Of a DNA stretch of 64,000 nt, positions 1 through 11,930 are shown one piece after another. Source of the stretch: the human T2T-CHM13v2.0 reference genome, Homo sapiens; the NCBI RefSeq assembly GCF_009914755.1, contig NC_060929.1. One strand, written 5' to 3'. A program made the translations under genes and the position numbers. The notes under the pieces are model-generated. The model saw only the letters and a program-made list of their open reading frames with translations, ran no database searches and was not told the DNA's origin. Numbering within the stretch: position 1 is the first letter of the stretch; each line of letters begins with the position of its first letter.

Positions 1-159
1 AATAACTAATAATAAAATAGAACAATATAACAATAGCCTATAATAGTATTTGTGTTCATATAGTCTCTCTCTCAAAATATCTTGTACTGTGCTGATTTAT
101 TTTTGCACCACACTTGACCATGGGTAACTGCAAAACTGTGGATAAAGGTGGAGTACTGC
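1..159 (-). mobile_element. MER8 (Tigger2-derived MITE, TcMar-Tigger), cut by window start
   Basis: aataactaataataaaatagaacaat...ctctcaaaatatctt...ttgaccatgggtaactg...ggataaaggtggagtactg resembles the reverse complement of the recalled MER8 5' part, including the TIR. Confidence 0.75.
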
Positions 160-958
160 ATTCTTAATTTGAAAATGTATTTCATATAAATGCATAGAGT
201 AATTTAAACAACTAGTATTATTAAAACTAAGCTAACAATTTTTCTTTCAAAAAAAGCATCAGCACAGAAACAACTGAAATTTTTGAAAACTAATTCAATT
301 TGTGCTATTATATACAGTATTTACTGGATGTACACACGTGTGGATGCGCACATGTGCACACACAAACACACACATGGGAAATCTTCCACATTACAAAAAG
401 GAATATCAAGAGCCCATTGGAGCACTTGATCTTTGATGACATCAACCTCTTCGGCTAATAATTTTCTCCAGAAAGGTCTTGACTTTCTGATTTCTTTTTT
501 TGTTTCTCATATTCTATGGCCAGGGAGTCTCACTCTCTAACTCCATTTTTATTTTCTAATTCTGTTGCATTGAATGTCTGTTCAATAAGTGTGTTCTCCG
601 GGTTCATATCATTGGTTCTCTTCTCTCAAGCTTCTATGGCTCTGAGATAGAATATATTTCTTCCACATCTGTGGTCTCATAGAATAGTAAAAATAACTCT
701 CCTGCAATCCTTACTAAGAATAATGTCCATGTTTATTTTCACTTTTAGGCATATCATTTGCACTTACGATGCCAAGCCTCTATCTATTTGCTTCCAATTC
801 TTCATTTTCAATATAATGCCACAGAAAGTCACTGTAATCATTAAAGAGTTTTTGACAAATCTAAGTGGAAACAGAACTTAAGCAGTTATATTAATCTAAG
901 ACTCAAAATAAAGCACAATTGAAAGAACATCTATTCATGTCCTGGAATCCATCGTACT

Positions 959-1362
959 TGATGTGGTTTGCCTCTGTGTCCCCACCCAAATCTCATGTTG
1001 AATTATAATTTTTAGTATTAGGGGAGGGAGATTTTGAATTATAATTCCTAGTGGGAGGTGAATGGATCATGGAGTCAAATTTTCTATGTTTTGTTCTCAT
1101 GATAGATAGTGGGTTTGCACAAGAACTGATGGTTTAAAGGTGTGTGGTACATCCTCCTTCGTTCTCTCTCTCTCTCCTGCCACCATGTGAAGAAGGTCCT
1201 TGTTTTCCCCTTCGCCTTCCTCCATGGTTGTAAGTTTCTGCAGGCTGCCCAGTCATATTTCCCGCTAAACATGTGGACTTGTGAGTCAATTAAACCTCTT
1301 TCCTTCATAAATTACCCAGTCTCAGGTAGTTCTTCATAGCAGTGTGAGAACAGACTAATACA
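959..1362 (+). mobile_element. MaLR solo LTR (MSTA/THE1D-like)
   Basis: Starts tgatgtggtttgcctctgtgtccccacccaaatctcat and ends gcagtgtgagaacagactaataca. TG..CA termini, attaaa polyA signal, 5-bp TSD gtact/gaact. Confidence 0.92.
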
Positions 1363-4300
1363 GAACTAGGGAAATTGCAATGGGGTATGAGGGAGAAAGA
1401 GAGGGGAACTCCTATAATTCTCTAAAACAGATTCATCCCATTTACCTTTAAAGTGTCTCTAAATTCCAAATTCCAAAAAGACACTACTTCTGCATATTGG
1501 ATAGTGGCACAGGTTATAAAATATATTATTTTTTTCCTCCAGAATCAGACAGTATATCCTTCAACGTTATGCCTATCTTTACTGTTCAGGTTATCCTGGG
1601 ATTAGAAAAAACTGAGTGAAGTTATTTAGAAGTAAGAACTTAAAGTAAAATCTTATTATGTATAATATGACTAATGCTGCACATTATTATAATTTTTTTC
1701 AAATTGACATTTTAAATCTGTGTCACTGAGTTTTCTAGTTTGAAAATTGCATTATTTGTCCCCCCTCTACATATACTATTCTTAGCAAAATGAAAATTAA
1801 ACTATTTTTAAATCGTTTAATTCTCTCAGCAACAAGGAAAGAGTATCAACTCAGATAATTAAAGCTGTAAACATTATTGCAAATTTTGACCGAGATAATT
1901 TAACAAACTGCTGTTGTATTTTGTTTTCCAAGGAAGCCAGTCCCTTTAGCTACTCAAAAATCAGCAAAATTTTATTTGTATAAGCTATGTATTCAAAAAT
2001 TTTCCATTTAACTCCTTTTAAATATATGCTTTCAAGAAACTTATATTTCTAACTGTTTCACAAATGACAATATAAAAACTCCTATACTGTATATTAATTC
2101 TGAAAGGTACAGGTGAAAAGAGACAGAGAATGTCTGTAGTAATGAACAGTTTATTCTTTCATAACTCAATTGTTTCAGTCTATCTCCTCTTACTTTCTCA
2201 AAATTTTTAAATGCAAAAGAAATATTGATAGTATCTATTAAGTAGTAACTCAGAAGAAATAGTGGTTAATTGATGTAGGGCCACAAAAATTAATATCTAG
2301 TGGAATTTAATGTCTAGTTTTCTGGAAACTAAAAGAATATGTAAACTTTGCAGTTATATAAAAGATGTTATAGACACAATATTTTGCACAATAATAAGTC
2401 TTCCAGGCAACAGTTGTAAACTCCTTTTTAATTGGGTATATTTAGAAGTACATGAAGGAAACTTACTATTAAATACATAATAATTGTATAAGCTGTCCAG
2501 GAACTAAATTACATAAATAAGATATTCACTTGTTTTTTCTGGTTACACCATATTTTCATATTAATGTAATATAACATTTTATTATATACTATACTCTAGG
2601 GATTAACTAAAATGTGAGCCAAATAAATAGCACTACTGATGTCATCTTAAATCATTTGAAGCAATGTTTTGAAAAAGTTGGAAATTTGATTGATTTATCT
2701 ATTTGTGGTGATATATCACCACTAATATATCACCACCATCTAATTGTGGTGAACTTAACAAAATTAGATTCTTCCCCCCCGCCAAGATATTTGAAAATAC
2801 TTACCAGAAACAATAGTTTGCAGGATATACAAAATATATTATTGATACAGATAATTAATATTTTTCAAAAATTATCCAATTGTACGATATAAACAAATTC
2901 ACACAAAGGCACTGTGATGATATGTTTCACCAAGATCAGGAATAAAATGCTGTTGAGACTTTATTGACTATAAGGAAAATCCAGCAGTAAGTGAGTCTAA
3001 TTATGAGTAATGAGATGGGGCATATATGGTACTATAGGTTTTATTGTACCTATAGCATGTATTCAAAGCATGTCAATGCTTTGAAGTGAATTTTCACCAT
3101 TTTTACTATTTTCAGCTTCAGAAACTAAATCTATTTTTGCAGGCATATTTATTTACTGTATCTTTTTTATAAGCAGAAATTAAAACTTGGTGCCAAGTGC
3201 GTGGGCTAACCTCCCACAGAGAGCAGATTAGGGTCGGCTGCCACCCTTTCTGATGTTCACATTTCAAATGGAAGGCTCCAAGACCTTCAAGAAAGTCAGT
3301 CTGGCACACAAAACTGGCAATAGGCTAATTTTTCTTTTCTAAAAATTGTGTACCTTGAAAATATATAAAGAAATGATTTACAAATACATTTTTTTAAAGA
3401 GATGAAAAAAGAAAAAAAGGAAGGTTTTTTATTTTTCATACTAGGAAAACTAAAATATGTTATTTTTTTTTAGATTTGTACTTAATCTTACAATGTCTCC
3501 CTTTTGTTATTATGTGATAGTAACACTACAACTTTTTCATGATCTCCATTGGAAGTTCAATGCCACAGTGTCTTTACACGAATTTGGTAGTTGTATCTTT
3601 CCCAGAGTAGTTTGCAGGTACCAAATATCTAGCAAGTCTCTAATAAAACACAAAATTAAGTAATAATGAGAATTACAACAGGATGATGTGTCTAAAAACC
3701 TAGTACAATACTTGCCTTGGGGGGATTAACTTTAAATATATCAGACCAATGATAAATTGTTAAAGCAGATTCTTATTTAGCAATGTGTAAAAATCTCTCC
3801 TTTACTGTACATGAATTGCACAAACTGATGTGATGTCTTTATTGTTTGTACATTCAAATAATTAACCACAGTGTTTGTAAATTATTTCATGGTACCCCAT
3901 GAAATTTTATTCATTTCAAGCATAAGGAGTAGCTTAACTGTGGATCTCGATAATCTAAACTTTTCAACTTAGTGTTTTTCTTGTGAAGTCCAATGAGTTT
4001 TACTAGTCATATATGTAACATTACATTTACACAAAAATATAGATCCTTTGGCAATTATTCTATTTCCCCAAATATTTTTCCCCAGATGTGAAACACAGAT
4101 ATCTATGCCCATTACCTAACAACAAAGTTGCAATATAGGGACACATTGAAGTGTACAGATTGAACTTCCAATGTTTAATGTACATGGTTTTAATTGCTTT
4201 AAGTCTTTAGGACAAGCACAAACCATGGGTCATTTCTCACATTGGGTCAAATCAATAGCTACATGATTATAATAGTCAATTAAGTCTTCATGAAAAATAA

Positions 4301-4843
4301 GGACTTCCACCTTTGTTTATCTATTCATGCTTTTCTTGGAATAAATTTACAACCCAAAGTTAATTGAATGACATTGTAACTGTCTTTTGCAGCCTCTGTC
4401 TGTAAATGCCAGATATCTGTTGACCTATTAATTAGAAGTTTCTCTTTTCTTCATCATTCTACCTTTTCTGGTGCAGTCATAATCTCAGTACCTAGTGGTT
4501 CACTTAAGTCTGGGAACCATTACTGGGAGTACTGTAAGAAAAAGTACCCTAACAAATAATATGTTTGTTTTCAAATGAAATAAGATTCTTAAAGTATTTG
4601 AAGTACTCATTTCTGCGGATAGGAGAGCAAGGCAAAATATGAGAATAGTAGTAAGTTCTCTAGAATATCTCCTTTCAATTGAGTTCAGTACCAGTGTCAT
4701 ACTCTCAAAAACTTAAGTTTCATTGCCTTGTAGAAGCCACAGTCCAGTCGTCCTGAGGTACTGGCTTTACACAGGAAGCATGGATACAGCAGGACACTTA
4801 CTTTACTTTTGTAGCTGTATGAAAAATCAGTGGTACTTGAAAG

Positions 4844-5214
4844 ATACACCATGGAATATTATGCAGCCATAAAAAATGATGAGTTCATGTCCTTTGTAGG
4901 GACATGGATGAAATTGGAAATCATCATTCTCAGTAAACTTTCGCAAGGACAAAAAACCAAACACCGCATGTTCTCATTCATAGGTGGGAATTGAACAATG
5001 GGAACACATGGACACAGGAAGGGGAACATCACACTCTGGGGACTGTTGTGGGGTGAGGAGAGGGGGGAGGGATGGCATTAGGAGATATACCTAATGCTAA
5101 ATGATGAGTTGATGGGTGCAGCACACCAGCATGGCACATGTATAGATATGTAACTAACCTGCACATTGTGCACATGTACCCTAAAACTTAAAGTATAATA
5201 ATAATAAAAAAAAA
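4844..5214 (+). mobile_element. 5'-truncated L1PA2/L1PA3 3' end with polyA
   Basis: ORF2 end (atggaatattatgcagccataaaaaatgatgagttcatg), 3'UTR G-rich tract, ...aaagtataataataataaaaa. Short possible TSD gaaag. Confidence 0.95.
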
Positions 5215-5371
5215 GAAAGTCTTCCTTTCAGTATGTCGACAGCTTATCTTTCCTCTCAGGTACTTATGACTTTGTGTCTTCGATTTTCTAGAAAAGAGAG
5301 ATGCTCTAATTAAATATTGAGCATGTCAATGCAAGGGGATGAGTGAATAATTCTCACTTATCCCCTTGCAC

Positions 5372-5398
5372 TCTATCTATCATCTATCTATCTATCTG

Positions 5399-5446
<48 letters not shown>
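5372..5446. repeat. (TCTA)n/GATA tetranucleotide microsatellite
   Basis: Direct reading of the tandem tcta units, with tca and tctg interruptions. Confidence 0.97.
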
Positions 5447-5575
5447 CATATATATAAACACACAGAGAGAGAGCGCATGATTATGAGAGGAGTCAGTTAA
5501 ATTAGGCATAGGACAGGGTCTCAAACACAAGTTGATAGTCCTGTCAAGCATACATTCAAAGAGAATAATACTAGT

Positions 5576-5781
5576 TGTGATGATTAATACTAAGTGTCAG
5601 CTTGATTGGATTGAAAGATGCAATATTGATCCTGGGTGTGTCTGTGAGGGTGTTGCCAAAGGAGATTAACTTTTGAGTCAGTGGGCTGGGAAGGCAAAGC
5701 CACCCTTAATCAGGTGGGCACCATCTAATCAGCCACCAGTGAATATAAAGCAGGCAGAAAAATGTGAAGAGATGAGATGGG
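5576..5781 (+). mobile_element. 5' LTR (MLT2A1-like), 3' half deleted
   Basis: Aligns by eye to 8411-~8617 with roughly 25-30 differences, then homology stops abruptly. Confidence 0.92.
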
Positions 5782-5887
5782 CATATATATCTATGCCTAT
5801 ATCTATATCTATATCTATATATGTATCTATCTGCCACAAACATCTCAAGCATCATTTTATCTGCTGGGTCATATGTATATATGAGCC

Positions 5888-6330
5888 ATTGAGGAAGGAC
5901 TCCACTACATTACCAACAATTTATGCAGTGAATCTTTCTCCCATCCTTCCCCAAGGAGACCTCCGGACTTTTCCCAGGGTAACTGTGCACTCGAAAAAGG
6001 GAAATGATCAGACATTTTGGGGAATACTGGACACTGGCTCTGAGCTGACATTGATTCCAGGGGAAACAAGATGTCATTGTGGTACTGCAGTTACAGTAGG
6101 GGCTTATGGAGGTCAGGCAGTTAATGGAGTTTTAGCTCATGTCTGACTTACAGTGGGTCACTGGGTCCAGCAGGTCCCTGGACACATCCTGTGGTCATTT
6201 CCCCAGTGCCAGAATGCATAATGGGCATACACATACTTAGCAGCTGGCAGAGCCCCCACATTGGCTTTCTGACAGGTAAGGTGAGGGTTATTATGGTGGG
6301 AAAGGCCAAATGGAGGCCATTACAGCTGCC
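5888..6330 (+). pseudogene. HERV-L protease remnant
   Basis: ORF 5673..6146 contains LDTGSELTLIPG (retroviral aspartic protease DTG motif); interrupted by a stop and frameshift. Confidence 0.9.
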
Positions 6331-6970
6331 TCTACCTAGAAAAATAGTAAATCAAAAGCAACATTGCATCCCTGGAGGGATTGTGGAGATTTGTGCCGCC
6401 ATCAAGGACTTGAGAGACACAAGGGTGGTGATTCCCACCACATCCCCATTCAGCTCTCCCATTTGGTCTGTGCAGAAGACATATGGATCTTGGAGAATGA
6501 CAGTGGATTATTGTAAGCTTATCCAAGTAGTGACTCCAATTGCAGCTGCTGTACCAGATGTTGTTTCATTCCTTGAACAAATCAACATGTCTCCTGGTAT
6601 CTGGTATGCAGCCATTGACTTGGCAAATGCCTTTTTCTCCATTCCTGTCCATAAGGCCCACCAGAAGCAATCTGCCTTCAGCTGGAAAGGCCAGCAATAT
6701 GACTTTACTGTCCTACCTCAGGAGTATATCGACTCTCTGACTTTGTGTCATAATTTTATTCAGAGAGAACTTGATCATTTTTCGCTTCTGGAAGGTATCA
6801 CACTGTTCCATTACATTGATGATATTATGCTGATTGGATCCAGTGAGCAAGAAGTAGCAAACACACTGGCCATATTGGTGAGACATTTGTGTGCCAGAGG
6901 ATGGGAAATAAATACGACTAAAATTCAGGGATTTCTACCTCAATAAATTTTCTAGGGGTCCAGTGGTGTG
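6191..6970 (+). pseudogene. HERV-L pol reverse transcriptase remnant
   Basis: 251-aa ORF with SPFSSPIW, WRMTVDY, AIDLANAFFSIP, VLPQ and YIDD motifs; frameshift near 6935. Confidence 0.95.
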
Positions 6971-6974
6971 GGGC

Positions 6975-7500
6975 CCAGTTTGCCAACAGCAGAGACCGAC
7001 ACTGAGCCCTCAATATGGCACTATTCCTGGGGGTTGTCCGCCAGGTACTTGGTGGCAGGTTGATTATATCGGACCTCTGTCATCATGGAAATGGCAGAGG
7101 TTTGTCCTCACTGGAATAGAAACTTACTCCAGATATGGGTTTGCCTATTCTGCTCACAATGCTTCTGCAAAGACTGCCATCCACGGACTCATGGAATGCC
7201 TTATCCACCATCATGATATTCCACACAGCATTGCCTCTGACAAAGCAACTCACTTTATGGTTAAAAAAGTGCAGCAGTGGGCTCATGCTCATGGAATTCA
7301 CTGGTCTTACCATGTTTCCCATCATCCTGAAGCAGCTGGATTGATAGAATGGTAGAATGGCCTTTTTAAGTCACAGTTACAATGCCTACTGGGTGACAAT
7401 ACTTTGCAGGGCTGGGGCAAAGTTCTCCAGAAGTCTATGTATGGGCTGAATTAGTGTCCTATATATTGTACTGTTTCTCCCACAGCCAGGATTCCCAGGT
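6975..7500 (+). pseudogene. HERV-L integrase core remnant
   Basis: CQQQRP, WWQVDYIGPL, IASD.ATHF and AAGLIE motifs (D,D35E); stop at 7353-7355. Confidence 0.93.
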
Positions 7501-7502
7501 CC

Positions 7503-7880
7503 ATGAATCAAGTGGTGGAAGTGGAAGTGGAAGTGGCACCACTCACCGTCATCCCTAGTGATCCACCAGCAAAATTTTTGCTTCCTGTTCCTGTGACATT
7601 ACATTCTGCTGGCCTAGAGGTCTTAGTTCCAGAGGGAGGAAGGCTGCCACCAGCAGACACAACAATGATTCCATTAAACTGGAAGTTAAGATTGCCACCT
7701 GGACACTTTGGGCTCCTCTTACCTATAAGTCAACAGGCTAAGAAGGGAGTTACAGTATTGGCTGACGTGATTGACCTGGAGTATCAAGATGAAATCACTC
7801 TACTAGTTCACAATGGAAGTAAGGAAGAGTATGCATGAAATACAGGAGATCCATTAAGGCATCTCTTAGTATTACCATGA
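7503..7880 (+). pseudogene. HERV-L dUTPase remnant
   Basis: SAGLEVLVP...LRLPPGHFGLLLP...GVTVLADVIDLEYQDEI, positioned after integrase as is typical of ERV-L. Confidence 0.88.
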
Positions 7881-8410
7881 CCTGTGTTTAAGGGCAATGG
7901 GAAACTCCAACAGCCCAATCTAGGCAGGACTACCATTGAAACAGACCCTTCAGGAATGAAGCTTTGGTTCACTCCACCAGGAGAAGAACCACAACCTGTT
8001 GAGGTGCTTGCTGAATGCAAGAGGGATACAGAATGGGTAGTGGAAGAAGGTAGTCATCAATACCAGCTACGACCACGTGACCAGCAGGAACAAGGACTAA
8101 TTGTCCTGAGTATTTCCTCCTTTTTTTGTTAAAAATGTGTTTGTTCATGTATATACTTGTACTAAGAAAATATCTTCATTTTATTACCTTTTCCTTTATC
8201 GTGTGAAATAAAATTTATGGAGTTCATATCAGCATTTAAGTATTGTTAGCTTTATGTAATAGCATTTGGGTTGGGGACTGGTGCAGTTCTGGTTGTCAAA
8301 GGGTAGCTATATTATGTTAGATGTTATTATGATCTTATTATTGTCTTTATTTGAAGATAATGTATGACCTCAGGAGATGTGTATGGGTTCAAGTTGACAA
8401 GGGGTGGACT

Positions 8411-8861
8411 TGTGATGGTTAATACTGCGTGTCAACCTGATTGGATTGAAGGATGCAACATTGATCCTGGGGGTGTCTGTGAGGGTATTGCCAAAGGAGA
8501 TTAACATTTGAGTCAGTGGGCTGGAGAAGGCAAACCCACCTGTAATTGAATGTACACCATCTAATGAGCTTCCAGTGAATATAAAGAAGGCAGAAAAACG
8601 TGAAGAGAAGAGACGGGCCTAGCCTCCCAGCCTACATCTTTCTCCCGTGCTGGATGCTTGCTGCCCTTGGACATCAGACTCCAAGTTGTTCAGTTTTGGG
8701 ACTCTGACTGGTTCTCCTTGTCCTCAGCTTGCAGACAGCATATTGTGACACCTTGTAATCATGTAAGTAAATGCTTAATAAACTCCCATTTATGTATATA
8801 TACTAATAGGATATATTTATCCCATTAGTTCTGTCCCTCAAATAGAACACTGACTAATACA
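8411..8861 (+). mobile_element. 3' LTR, complete (MLT2A1-like, 451 bp)
   Basis: TG..CA termini, aataaa at ~8777, ends ctgactaataca; length fits MLT2A1 rather than MLT2A2. Confidence 0.93.
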
Positions 8862-9598
8862 CTAATCTTGCTTGCGGGATTAATGTAATTTTTTAACAAG
8901 GCTAGTAGTAAATCTCTAGGCCATTTAACCCAATAGATTGTTGAAGCTTAGCCATTGAGTTTTTTTTTTGTTGAGTGTGATTCATCCACTCTATTTGTCC
9001 GAAGGACCATAGTTAAACAAATATAATAGCTAATAGAGGAGTCTATAGTTTCATAATTACTGGATTACAATAAAAATAAATTTTTTCCTGATGATTCTGT
9101 AAGTTCTAATGTCACAAATGTAGGAATTTTGTGTATTGAGAGAGGCTTTACGACTGTCTTGCAACTAGCTTTTGAAAAAGGAAACACTTCAGAGCACACT
9201 GAAAAATGTTGTGTGTGCTGAACTTTTAAGAAAATTTCTAAGATATCTAAGGTAGTGTTCTATCTTTGTAAAATAGTGTGACTGCTGTTTGCAATCTTTT
9301 AAGCATCCAAGCAATTCCAGTGCGACTACATCTACAACTAAAAAATAAACCACTGGTCTCTAGCCTACTCTCAGCTGTTAAGTTAAAATTTTACCAGAAG
9401 GACTTTTATTTTCTTGAAAAATCTAGTGTAATTTTGTTTCAAAATTTGGAATTCCCAAAGCTGAGGAAGAGACAACAGTCAACTTCAGTTGTTCAAAAGT
9501 TTTCAGAGCCAAGTAACTGGTCCAGAGAATGTGGAGAATTATCAAGTATCAACTGCTCCATTAGTGATTTTACCTACTCCACAAAAACTGAGACAGTT

Positions 9599-9741
9599 AT
9601 TATGAAAAACAGTATGAAAGCTTCTCAAAGCATCAAAAATAGAACTACCATACTATCCAGCAATCCAAGTTTTTAATATATATCTGAAGGAAATGCCATC
9701 ACTATCTCAAAGAGTTATATGTACTCCCATATTCATTGCAG

Positions 9742-9784
<43 letters not shown>

Positions 9785-10356
9785 CATTGACATAATTCAT
9801 TGCTTCACACATCTATATGAAAAAATATATATATATATATAAAATCACATACAATGGAATACTATTCAGCCCTAAAAAGGAAGGAAATCTTGTCATTTGC
9901 AGCAACATGGATTGGTCGGTCAGGAAAACATTATGCTATGTAAAATAAGCCAGACACGGAAAGACAAAAACCACATGATCTAAAAAGTGGAACTCATCGA
10001 TGTAGAGAGTAGAGTGGTAATTACCAGGGTGTGCAGGGTCAGAGAATGGAGAGATATTGGTCATAAGACACAAAATTTCAGTTTTGCAGGATAAATGAAT
10101 TCTGGAGATCTCACGAAATGTACAGCATGGTAACTATAGTTAATAATACTGTATTGTATATTTGAACTTTAGCAAGAGTAGATCTTAAAGTTTTCACACA
10201 ACCCCCACCCAAATGTAACTATGTGAGATGATAAATATGTTAATTAGCTTGATTGTGATAGTCATCTCATAATGTACACATATGTTAAAACAACACATTT
10301 TATACATTAAATATATACAATTTTTGTCAGTTATACCCCAATAAAGCAGAAAAAAA
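9599..10356 (+). mobile_element. L1MA8/L1MA9-like 3' end with internal (TA)n
   Basis: aaacagtatg...aaaatagaactaccata...tgtacagcatggtaactatagttaataatactgtattgtata...aataaagcagaaaaaaa. Confidence 0.88.
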
Positions 10357-11930
10357 CAAATTTATCAATCTATAAAAAAGAAAATGTAATATAAAAAATA
10401 AACTCACAGTCTACAATACCTTACTCATCCCAAAAATTGTCTAAGCTTTTTTATGTGTTAGTTTGCCGTCTTTTTTCTGAATTGGCTAGCTCAGATTTTA
10501 ATGCTTTGCTGCTTTCACCTGACAACAAATGCCCTAAATATTTTACTGCACTTTGGCAGTGTTGTAATTTGTCTAATGAGGCCTCTTTCCCCTGTGAAGC
10601 AATGAATTATGTCAATGAATCAGTTTTGCTTTGCTCTTTGGTTTCCTAGGCACCTGCAAATTATTTATGCATAGAATAATTATGAATCCCTCTCATGGGA
10701 CAAATTTCTCTAAGTTTTCCTGTAAATGACTAAAAAAAAAAAAAATCTTGAAACCTTTAATGAATCCTTTGTCCTAAATACTAGATTCCTTTTTAAGTAA
10801 AATCCAACAAGATTTTAGAGTTATCTGCTAGAGAAATCAGTGGGGTGGCAAGGGTGGGGGTGAAGAGTCCAAAACATAGATTAACTACAGAGAAAAGCTT
10901 TGCAAATGATGGTAACAAATTTAGAATAGTTGCAGGGTAGAAAGTATAGCGTTTAGCCGACCGACACATTTATTTATTTCACTAAGGTCTTCTACAAATC
11001 CATATATGTAGTGGTTCAGTGGTGACTACTTGATGAAATAAACCTTCTTTAAAAAAAAAAAAAAAACTGGAAATAAGGGAGTATTATAGGTAAGTGGCCT
11101 TTCTATTTATCCCTTATTTTCAATTTCTTTTATAACTGTTTCATTCTTTCTAATTGAGCTCTCGGCAAAGTATATTGTCTTACACATAACCATGGCTTAT
11201 TGTTTTAGTAAGCTGTTTTCATCGGTTTTACGTATAATATTAAACAAGTATTATTTCCCAGGGCCCAACGTAGTTCATCAATTTGTTTTTATTGAGGGTA
11301 TTTTTCCAACAGTGTGAGACTGACACTCTCTACCAAAGCCTTTTCCTTTCAGAAGAGACAAAATAACCAAATCAGATGCCTTTTTATCCAAGGAGTTTAC
11401 TATAAACATCCCATCTGGAATAGTGAATGTGGTAGCCTTCAATTTTCCCAGCAGATATCGCTCCAGCTGATTTACAAGAGAATCAAGAGAAAGCAAGCAA
11501 GCAGGTCCCTCATTTAGAAGAAAGTATTTGTATGAAATCCACAGAGTAAAAGTAAAAAAGAAAAAATAAAAAGGAAAAAGTGGAAGGCTTACTTAAAATA
11601 CCAAAAACAATATTGATTTCTCATTAGATTAAAAGCAAGAAATTTCTGAGGAATAAATAGCACCAGTGTCTACCAGAAAATGCCAGGGCAAGTTAGCAGA
11701 AAGGAACATTACTGAAACATTTCACCAATTTCTAGCTCTGAGATTTTCCAGACCCATAAATTTTAAGCTGTTTCTCTAGTTGAGAGTTTTGTCCTTTTAG
11801 GCTTTCCTAAATCCTTTATTTCTGCTCTGTCCATATTTCCCAGGGCCTCTTTCTACAATCCCTCATCCAGTGTTCTGGCTCCTTGCAATAATGACATGCA
11901 GTTTTTCTTTCTTCCTTTACTACTTCATAG

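Larger units (their letters stand above)
5576..8861 (+). mobile_element. HERV-L provirus, internally deleted, with MLT2A1-type LTRs
   Basis: Two homologous LTR starts (tgtgatg.ttaatact..gtgtca..ttgattggattgaa) at 5576 and 8411; PPT gacaaggggtggact before the 3' LTR; TSD ctagt/ctaat; pro-RT-IN-dUTPase order. Confidence 0.96.

Noticed and set aside
3062-3085. 10-bp-arm hairpin, with similar 9-bp ones near 28921 and 48624
   Set aside because: Arms this short are expected by chance in 64 kb of AT-rich DNA.
9278-9676. 132-aa plus-strand ORF
   Set aside because: Non-ATG start, runs into an L1MA fragment out of frame, no recognisable homology.
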